Part shown: positions 33,898 to 40,313 of the stretch, in pieces | Layout: each line of letters starts with the position of its first letter | Position numbering within the stretch: the first letter of the stretch is position 1 | Assembly: GCA_017618795.1 (NCBI GenBank) | Contig: JAFZTO010000025.1 | Span: 1 to 40,313, forward strand | Source: Clostridia bacterium | GTDB lineage: Bacteria > Bacillota > Clostridia > Oscillospirales > CAG-272 | Length of the DNA stretch: 40,313 bases | Reading direction: 5' to 3' | The notes under the pieces: model-generated | What the model was told of the DNA's origin: nothing | Database searches by the model: none | Seen by the model: the letters and a program-made list of their open reading frames with translations, nothing else | Position numbers and translations under genes: made by a program

Positions 33898-35794
33898 AAG
33901 ATTTTATCTGACGACGGCGATAGCGTACAGCTCGCGCAAGCCGCATATAGGAAACACATACGAGGCGATCATGGCTGACGCCGTGGCACGCTACAAGAGA
34001 AACCGCGGATATGACGTTTTCTTTCTTACTGGTACCGACGAGCACGGTCAGAAGATAGAGAACTACGCGAGAGAAGCGGGGATCAGCCCCAAAGAATACG
34101 TTGACAAGGTCGCCGGCGAGATAAGACGGATATGGGATCTTATGAACGTCAGCTACGACAAGTTCATACGCACGACCGACGGTTACCATGAAAAAGCCGT
34201 TGCCGGTATTTTCAGGCGTCTGTGGGAAAAGGGCGACATATACAAGAGCGAATACGAGGGATGGTACTGCGAGCCCTGCGAATCCTTTTTCACCGACACT
34301 CAGGCCGTGGACGGGAAATGCCCCGACTGCGGAGCGCCGCTTAAGAGAACAAAGGAGGAGAGCTATTTCTTCCGCATGAGCGCTTACCAGGACAGGCTGA
34401 TGAAGTATATAGAGGATCATCCCGGATTTATCGAGCCGGAGGCACGCAAAAAGGAGATGATAAACAATTTCCTCAAACCCGGACTGCAGGACCTCTGCGT
34501 TTCCCGTACGTCGTTCAGGTGGGGGATCCCGGTTTCTTTCGACGACAAGCACGTGATATACGTCTGGATAGACGCGCTTTCCAACTACATAACCGCTCTT
34601 GGATACAATCCGGACGGGGACAGCGGCGAACTTTTTGAAAAGAACTGGCCGGCCGACGTTCATATAATCGGCAAGGACATCATGCGCTTCCACACCATCT
34701 ACTGGCCTATCATTCTAATGGCTCTCGACCTTCCTCTGCCTAAAAAGATTTTCGGTCATCCGTGGCTGAACATCGGAACGGACAAAATGAGCAAATCGAA
34801 AGGCAATTCCATATATGCCGACGATCTTGCCGCAATAATCGGAGTCGACGCCGTACGCCAGTACGTGCTGAGCGAAATGCCGTATCTGAACGACGGCTCG
34901 ATAACCTATGAGAACATAATAGCGAGATACAACAACGATCTCGCGAATACGCTCGGCAATCTAGTCAACCGCAGCCTTGCCATGGACAACAAGTATTTCG
35001 GCGGCGTGGTTCCGGAGAAAAAGCTCTCCGCAGATATAGACGGCGAATTTATCTCATTTGCGGAAAACTGCCGCGACACCATGTTCGGGCAGATGGACAC
35101 CTATCACATAGCGGAGGCGTGCGACACTGTTTTCTCGCTGTTCCGCCGCGCAAACAAGTATATCGACGAAACGACCCCGTGGACGCTCGCTAAAAACGGC
35201 GAAACCGACCGTCTGTCTGACGTGATCTACAATCTGCTGGAGACCATAAGGCTCGGGGCTGTAATGCTTGAACCGTTTATGCCTGCAACGTCGGAGAAAA
35301 TTCTCGCGCAGCTCGGCACGGACAGGCGCGGATATGATTTCGGAGGCCTTGAAAGCGGTGCGCATATCGGCACGCCGGAGGTGCTTTTCAGCCGTCTTGA
35401 CGAAAAAGAAACGCTTGAGAAAATGCATCCCGCCGAAAAGCCCGTTCAGCAGCGCCCGGACGATGTCTGCGAGCAGATAGGAATCGACGGTTTTATGAAC
35501 GTGGAGCTCCGCACCGCGCAGATTGTCGCCTGCGAGAGCGTACCGAAAGCAAAAAAGCTGCTTCGTCTTGAACTTGATCTCGGCTACGAAAAGAGAACGG
35601 TCGTTTCGGGAATCGCGAAATGCTACAGGCCCGAGGACCTGATAGGCAAAAAGATAATTGTCGTCGCAAATCTCAGACCCGCCGTGCTGTGCGGAGTCGA
35701 GAGCAACGGAATGATACTCGCCTCGGGCGAGGACGATAAAATAAAGGTCGTGTTCCTTGACGGCGACACGCCGCTCGGACAAAGAGTACATTGA
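33890..35794 (+). CDS. metG: Methionine--tRNA ligase with C-terminal tRNA-binding (Trbp111/EMAP-like) domain
   Basis: Start at the ATG at 33890 (8-nt overlap with the HAD gene). AIAYSSRKPHIGNTYE carries the HIGH motif and KMSKSKGN the KMSKS motif. A CEPCE...CPDCG zinc knuckle is present. C-terminal VELRTAQIVACESVPKAKKLLRLELDLG. Confidence 0.96.
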   Translation: MGERFYLTTAIAYSSRKPHIGNTYEAIMADAVARYKRNRGYDVFFLTGTDEHGQKIENYAREAGISPKEYVDKVAGEIRRIWDLMNVSYDKFIRTTDGYHEKAVAGIFRRLWEKGDIYKSEYEGWYCEPCESFFTDTQAVDGKCPDCGAPLKRTKEESYFFRMSAYQDRLMKYIEDHPGFIEPEARKKEMINNFLKPGLQDLCVSRTSFRWGIPVSFDDKHVIYVWIDALSNYITALGYNPDGDSGELFEKNWPADVHIIGKDIMRFHTIYWPIILMALDLPLPKKIFGHPWLNIGTDKMSKSKGNSIYADDLAAIIGVDAVRQYVLSEMPYLNDGSITYENIIARYNNDLANTLGNLVNRSLAMDNKYFGGVVPEKKLSADIDGEFISFAENCRDTMFGQMDTYHIAEACDTVFSLFRRANKYIDETTPWTLAKNGETDRLSDVIYNLLETIRLGAVMLEPFMPATSEKILAQLGTDRRGYDFGGLESGAHIGTPEVLFSRLDEKETLEKMHPAEKPVQQRPDDVCEQIGIDGFMNVELRTAQIVACESVPKAKKLLRLELDLGYEKRTVVSGIAKCYRPEDLIGKKIIVVANLRPAVLCGVESNGMILASGEDDKIKVVFLDGDTPLGQRVH

Positions 35795-35799
35795 TTTAC

Positions 35800-35833
35800 G
35801 GCAGAAAGGGGTTTTATCTTCTTTCTGCCTTTT
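35800..35833 (+). terminator. Terminator or attenuating hairpin after metG
   Basis: GGCAGAAAG / CTTTCTGCC 9-bp stem with a 12-nt loop, then TTTT. The tatD RBS starts about 4 nt later. Confidence 0.65.
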
Positions 35834-35846
35834 CAGGGAGGAAAAA

Positions 35847-36644
35847 ATGCCGCTGTTTGACACTCACGCGCATTATTATGATGAAAAGTTCGGTTCGCCG
35901 GAAGAACAGGAGACGCTCCTTTGTGACGTTTTGAAGGAGGTCCCGCGAATAATAAACTGCGGCATTACGCCTTCAACCTCGGAAATCTGTCTCGGATGGG
36001 CGAAAAAACACGCAGGTCTATTCGCCGCGTGCGGACTTCATCCCGAAAACATATCCGGGAGCAGGGCGGAAAACACAAAAATGCTTGACCAGATTTCGGG
36101 AATGCTTGACGACCCGGAATGCGTCGCGGTTGGCGAAATAGGCCTTGACTACTACTGGACCTCCGACAACAGAGAAGAGCAGAAATCCGTCTTTTCGTCA
36201 CAGCTCGACATGGCGCTTGAAAAAAAGCTGCCGGTAGTTATTCACGACAGGGAGGCGCACGGCGACTGCCTCGACATTGTTTCGGGGTTCAGGGGACGCG
36301 GGCTCAAGGGAGTCTTTCACAGTTTCAGCGGCTCGCCTGAAACGGCAAGAGAACTGATAAAGCTCGGCTTTTACATATCCTTTTCGGGGGTCATAACCTT
36401 TAAAAACGCCGTAAAGCCGGTCGAGGTGCTTAAAATCCTGCCTGAGGACCGCATCCTTGCCGAGACCGACTGTCCGTATCTCGCCCCCGTTCCGTTCAGG
36501 GGCAAACTCAACGATTCACGTCTGATGAGACATTCCGTGGCAAAAATAGCGGAGATAAGGGGAACCGGTTTTGACGAAATGGTGCGTATCACCGAGCGCA
36601 ACGCCGTTTCGCTGTTTGAAAAATGTACTGTATTAAATCCCTAA
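35847..36644 (+). CDS. tatD: TatD-family metal-dependent hydrolase/DNase
   Basis: Start at the ATG at 35847, after GGGAGGAAAAA. LFDTHAHY, GEIGLDYYW, VVIHDREAH, GVFHSF and ETDCPYLAP are the canonical TatD blocks. Confidence 0.92.
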   Translation: MPLFDTHAHYYDEKFGSPEEQETLLCDVLKEVPRIINCGITPSTSEICLGWAKKHAGLFAACGLHPENISGSRAENTKMLDQISGMLDDPECVAVGEIGLDYYWTSDNREEQKSVFSSQLDMALEKKLPVVIHDREAHGDCLDIVSGFRGRGLKGVFHSFSGSPETARELIKLGFYISFSGVITFKNAVKPVEVLKILPEDRILAETDCPYLAPVPFRGKLNDSRLMRHSVAKIAEIRGTGFDEMVRITERNAVSLFEKCTVLNP

Positions 36645-36659
36645 AAGGAGACGTATAAA

Positions 36660-37376
36660 ATGGAGAAAATCATTAACTACAAGAATTTACGGAGCTTCGC
36701 ATACAGCAACGACATGCTGATAAGCGGAGAAATAAGGGGGATAGTCCTCGATTTCTTCGGTCTCGGCGGTATGGCAATGTTCGGGCAGGACCCCGGTGAC
36801 GCGCTTGAATACGCAAGGGAAAACATTATGTATGTTGTCCCTTATTACAACCCCTGGTCGTGGATGAACAGACAGTCTGTCGGGTTTACCGACGAGATCA
36901 TCGGAGTGCTTTGCGAACAATACGGTCTTGACGATACGGTGAGGATAGTCTCAAGCGGCGGATCCATGGGCGGCCTTGCGTCCATAGTTTATTGCGCCTA
37001 TGCGAAGATAACTCCCGTCGCATGCGTGTCGAACTGTCCGGTATGCGATCTTGTTTACCATTTCGACGAGAGACCGGATCTCCCGCGCACCATCTACAGC
37101 GCACTCGGTGAATACGAATGCACGCTTGAGGAGGCGCTGCGCAGCTGCTCTCCGCTTCACCTTGCAGACAGACTGCCGCACATTCCTTACACGGTTTTTC
37201 ACTGCGAAAGGGACACTGCCGTTTTGATAGAAAAGCATGCGATCCCGTTTGTGCGGGAAATGGAGAAAGAGCACGATATTACCCTCGTTACCGTTCCGCT
37301 CCGCGGTCACTGCGACCTGTCCGCGGATGCAAGAGTGGAATACAGACGTGCAATAATGCGCGCTTTTGAACCGTAA
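36660..37376 (+). CDS. Alpha/beta hydrolase (prolyl-oligopeptidase/dienelactone-hydrolase-like)
   Basis: SGGSMGG nucleophile elbow. Late CERDTAV (acid) and RGHCD (His) blocks. No signal peptide. Confidence 0.75.
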   Translation: MEKIINYKNLRSFAYSNDMLISGEIRGIVLDFFGLGGMAMFGQDPGDALEYARENIMYVVPYYNPWSWMNRQSVGFTDEIIGVLCEQYGLDDTVRIVSSGGSMGGLASIVYCAYAKITPVACVSNCPVCDLVYHFDERPDLPRTIYSALGEYECTLEEALRSCSPLHLADRLPHIPYTVFHCERDTAVLIEKHAIPFVREMEKEHDITLVTVPLRGHCDLSADARVEYRRAIMRAFEP

Positions 37377-37412
37377 ACGGCAATCGGCGGGTACCGAATT
37401 ACGCAAAATTCC

Positions 37413-37445
37413 GGCCGGCAACGATTTTTCAGTTCCGGCCTTTTT
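37413..37445 (+). terminator. Weak intrinsic terminator
   Basis: GGCCGG / CCGGCC 6-bp stem with a 16-nt loop, then TTTTT. Confidence 0.45.
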
Positions 37446-37568
37446 GCAAAAAAGCTGTTCAAAAACATAATCTGACGGTTATAACGGCAAGCCGTTGCCG
37501 TTCACGCATAAAACTATTCTGCTTTTTTATTATTTCCAGAATGTATAACATCTTTACCAATTTCTCTA

Positions 37569-37597
37569 TTTACCATTTTTAAACGATAGTGTATAAT
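37569..37597 (+). promoter_or_regulatory. Candidate promoter for the GH127 gene
   Basis: TTTACC, 17-nt spacer, then TATAAT, in an AT-rich intergenic region. Confidence 0.45.
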
Positions 37598-37611
37598 AAT
37601 ATAAAAAACCG

Positions 37612-39507
37612 ATGGGGTGTTTTATGGAAAGACTCATTGAAAAACTTCAGTACCCTAATGTAAGAGAAGTATCGATAAAAAACGGTTTCTGGCCGGCAAT
37701 TATCAAAAAGACTGCGGAAATCACTCTACAGGACGTATGGACAAAATACGAAAAAGACAATTCGAAACAGAATTTTCTGAATGTAATCAACCGCACTTCG
37801 CCTGACCATTTCAACGGCAATCCGTGGCAGGACGGAATGATTTATGAGATTATTTGCGGTGCGTCCGATCTTTTTTCATCGTTTGAAGACAAGATTCTTG
37901 AAACAAAGATAGATGAGTTTATTGAAATCATAAAAAAAGCTCAGGATACTATTGGAGACGGTTATATCAATACGTTCACTCAATCCAGGATGCCTGATAG
38001 GAGATTTGGTCAAAACGGCGGCTTTATCGTAATTCAGCACGATTTGTACAACGCCGGCTGCCTTTTTGAGGCAGGCGTTCATAATTACCTTGCCACTGGG
38101 AAAAAGGCTCTTTTGTCAGTCGCGGTCGGAATGGCAAACTACATCTGTTCGGAAATTGGATATCCTCCGAAGAAGAACATAGTATCGGGTCATCCTATGG
38201 TCGAACAGGCCACTGTGCAACTGTACAGATTATTTAAAGAGAATCCGTTGCTTGCTCATGAACTGAATGCAAAAACGGATGAATATCTTGAACTCGCCAG
38301 ATTCTGGGTAGATTATCGCGGCGTTCATGAGGGACGGGCATCTTTTCCGCACAATCTGAGAGAGTATTGCCAGGATCACCGTCCTCTTCGCGAACAGAAG
38401 GAGGCGGTCGGTCACGCGGTCAGGGCGGCCTTGCTCTATTACGGACTCGCAAAGGTCGCAAATGAAACAGATGACAGCGAACTGTTTTCCGCTTCTGAAG
38501 CGCTGTGGAAAAATGTTACAGAAACAAAAATGCATGTCAACGGAGGAATCGGCGCGGTTGCATACGAAGAACAGTTCAGTTACCAGTATGACTTGAGGCC
38601 GAACGCGTATCTTGAGACCTGCGCAGGAGTGGCTCTTGCCTTTTGGGCTGCCGAAATGCATCGCGCGTACGGGAAATCGTCTTTTTTCGATGTTTTTGAA
38701 CGCGTGTTAAGCAACAACGTTTTAGCTTCAGTATCTGAAGACGGCAAAAAATACGCCTATGTCAATCCTCTTATAAACGACGGAAACTCAGGACGCTGGG
38801 ACTGGCATCCGTGTGCCTGCTGCCCTCCCATGTTCCTTAAAATGATCGGCTCGCTCAAAACCTATATTTTCTCGTATACCGACAGTGACTTGTATGTAAA
38901 CCTTTACATAGACAGCTCACTTTTCAATGACAAATACGATGTTGATTTTGAAAACGGGAAAATGCGTTTCAATAAAATCCCGCAGCGCGGATGCGCGGTT
39001 CATTTCCGAGTTCCGGACTATGCCGACGATTTTGCCGTTTCCGTTAACGGTAACCGGGTCGGGCATACGGTAACCGAAGGATATGCGACCCCGTGCGTTG
39101 AACTCTCGGCAAACGACGTAGTCGAAATATCGTTTAATGAAAACATACTTATAGAAGAAGCTCACCCGTATGCCAGAGAAAACATATACGGATTCCAGCC
39201 GATTTCAGGCGTTTCAATAAGAAAAGGACCGTTTGTGTACTGCGCCGAAGGCGTAGACAACGGCAATAATCTGGATTTCATCATATCAAAGGATTCAGAA
39301 CTTGTAATTGATTCCGACGATACAATAACCGGCAATACGGTTGACGGAAAGACATTCAAACTGATCCCCTACTTCAGATGGAACAACAGAGGAAATTCTC
39401 CAATGAAGGTATGGCTCGGATATGAAGGAAAAACAGCCTGTGTTAATCTTGCGGGTTGGGAAGGTTTGTTATACAGAACCTGGAAAAAAGCAAGATCCGT
39501 CGAATAG
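37612..39507 (+). CDS. Glycoside hydrolase family 127 (beta-L-arabinofuranosidase-like, DUF1680)
   Basis: The start is more likely the ATG at 37624. LETCAGVALAFW (E-x-C) and HPCACCPPMF (Cys-Cys) match the Zn/Cys catalytic site pattern of GH127. No signal peptide. Confidence 0.85.
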   Translation: MGCFMERLIEKLQYPNVREVSIKNGFWPAIIKKTAEITLQDVWTKYEKDNSKQNFLNVINRTSPDHFNGNPWQDGMIYEIICGASDLFSSFEDKILETKIDEFIEIIKKAQDTIGDGYINTFTQSRMPDRRFGQNGGFIVIQHDLYNAGCLFEAGVHNYLATGKKALLSVAVGMANYICSEIGYPPKKNIVSGHPMVEQATVQLYRLFKENPLLAHELNAKTDEYLELARFWVDYRGVHEGRASFPHNLREYCQDHRPLREQKEAVGHAVRAALLYYGLAKVANETDDSELFSASEALWKNVTETKMHVNGGIGAVAYEEQFSYQYDLRPNAYLETCAGVALAFWAAEMHRAYGKSSFFDVFERVLSNNVLASVSEDGKKYAYVNPLINDGNSGRWDWHPCACCPPMFLKMIGSLKTYIFSYTDSDLYVNLYIDSSLFNDKYDVDFENGKMRFNKIPQRGCAVHFRVPDYADDFAVSVNGNRVGHTVTEGYATPCVELSANDVVEISFNENILIEEAHPYARENIYGFQPISGVSIRKGPFVYCAEGVDNGNNLDFIISKDSELVIDSDDTITGNTVDGKTFKLIPYFRWNNRGNSPMKVWLGYEGKTACVNLAGWEGLLYRTWKKARSVE

Positions 39508-39591
39508 CTGTTTCCAAAGCAGATATGCAAAAAATCCCGATTTACGCTAGTTCCCATAAGGGTGTTTTTAGTGTTTTTCGCGGTTTCGGTT

Positions 39592-39621
39592 AGGACGGAC
39601 AGTAAAATGCCCGTCCTTTTC
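39592..39621 (+). terminator. Intrinsic terminator downstream of GH127
   Basis: AGGACGG / CCGTCCT stem followed by TTTTCCGTTTT. Confidence 0.55.
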
Positions 39622-39643
39622 CGTTTTGTCCTGCAACCGTTGT

Positions 39644-40313
39644 CTATGCGTTTTTTGCCCTGTATCCGACCGCATCCAACTGATCCACGGAGAATATGTT
39701 TCCGATGAACCTGAAATAGATGTCGATCTGCTGGGGCGACGTTTTGCAGTGCGGTACCTCGCGTTCGTGGATTACGATCTTTGAGATAAACGTTCGGAGT
39801 ATCGTGGGCGTCAGCTCACGTATCACTGTATACTTCTGCGCCGCGTCAATAAACCGCTGGGTGTCGGTTGCCTTTTCTTTCAGTGAACCTATTTCTTTCT
39901 CCAGCACCGGAAGGCGATTCTCAAGAGCGATCTTTTCGTCCGTATAATCGCCTGACAGGATACGGAACTGCTCGTCGCTGATGCGCCCGAGAACGTTGTC
40001 CTCGTACAGCCGCTTGAACAGGGCTGTCAGTTCCTGTATGCGGCGTACGGCACTCTCGTGCTCTGAGATCTTCAGCTTCAGCTCGCGGTCATCCTGCTCT
40101 CCCGCGTGTTTGCGGATGTACTCGGCAAATTCACCGGTTCTCATACGGGCATAATACAGAGCGCGGTTGATCTCTTCGGTAACGATCTCGTCGAGCAGTA
40201 CTTCTCGTATCGCGTGAGGCGAGCATTTGTCGTAGCCGAGGTGCTTGTTGTAACGACTGCAGTAAAAGTGGAATTTGCTGCTGTCGATGCATCTGCCTCT
40301 TTTGAAATAGAGC
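39644..40313 (-). CDS. Large serine recombinase, C-terminal part only (N-terminus beyond window)
   Basis: The reverse frame stays open upstream of the track ORF all the way to base 40313. It reads LYFKRGRCIDSSKFHFYCSRYNKHLGYDKCSPHAIREVLLDEIV, a recombinase zinc-ribbon-type pattern. A coiled-coil region follows, then a DUF4368-like tail (LTPTILRTFISKIVIHERE). Confidence 0.8.
   Translation of the reverse strand, partial: LYFKRGRCIDSSKFHFYCSRYNKHLGYDKCSPHAIREVLLDEIVTEEINRALYYARMRTGEFAEYIRKHAGEQDDRELKLKISEHESAVRRIQELTALFKRLYEDNVLGRISDEQFRILSGDYTDEKIALENRLPVLEKEIGSLKEKATDTQRFIDAAQKYTVIRELTPTILRTFISKIVIHEREVPHCKTSPQQIDIYFRFIGNIFSVDQLDAVGYRAKNA

Noticed and set aside
33743-35863. Reverse-strand ORFs 33743..34693 (316 aa) and 35054..35863 (269 aa)
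   Set aside because: They are antisense to metG, whose HIGH and KMSKS motifs are unambiguous.
1-40313. CRISPR arrays, rRNA genes, long tandem or interspersed repeats
   Set aside because: Reading the intergenic regions, I found no regularly spaced direct repeats and no rRNA-like segments. All larger non-coding gaps are accounted for by promoters, terminators or the remnants listed above.

Overview
Chromosomal window that looks like a Firmicutes/Clostridia genome. This is an inference from three things: the sepF-yggT-divIVA-ileS-lspA-rluD block, a reverse rubrerythrin, and many lipobox proteins with TTGACA-17-TGnTATAAT promoters. I support about 37 protein genes (two cut by the window edges), one tRNA-Leu(GAG), two gene remnants and one group II intron-like RNA fragment. 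I see no rRNA and no CRISPR array.

Layout:
- 1-1824: FkbM methyltransferase plus amidohydrolase. The methyltransferase is missing from the ORF track because it runs off the edge.
- 1997-6635: a visibly AT-richer island of four secreted or lipoproteins of unknown function. It includes tandem paralogs built from a repeated novel module.
- 6788-9212: a Crp/Fnr regulator with an ABC substrate-binding protein and a permease but no ATPase.
- 9315-13833: reverse rubrerythrin, a phosphodiester-glycosidase lipoprotein, a GlsB-type membrane protein, a decayed scar (intron fragment plus ABC-ATPase remnant) and an esterase.
- 13822-14724: a small AT-rich insert next to tRNA-Leu.
- 14908-18527: an ABC exporter / DUF5684 zinc-ribbon / SPFH operon.
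- 18660-26898: a seven-gene, almost gap-free operon. It encodes a degenerate RnfC-like Fe-S protein, a degenerate RnfD-like membrane protein with an acidic N-terminal extension, and a PBP5-type DD-carboxypeptidase homolog with all three catalytic motifs substituted. The remaining genes are a membrane-anchored SMC/YhaN-like ATPase, a SLOG/DUF1273 (YpsA-like) protein, a lipoprotein and a THUMP RNA methyltransferase (YpsC-like). This is my best candidate for an undescribed envelope or division-associated system.
- 26918-37376: the conserved division/translation block sepF-yggT-divIVA-ileS-lspA-rluD-HAD-metG-tatD-hydrolase.
- 37569-40313: an AT-richer GH127 gene followed by the 3' part of a large serine recombinase, which marks a mobile-element boundary at the right edge.

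All functional calls come from motif reading by eye. No database search was run.
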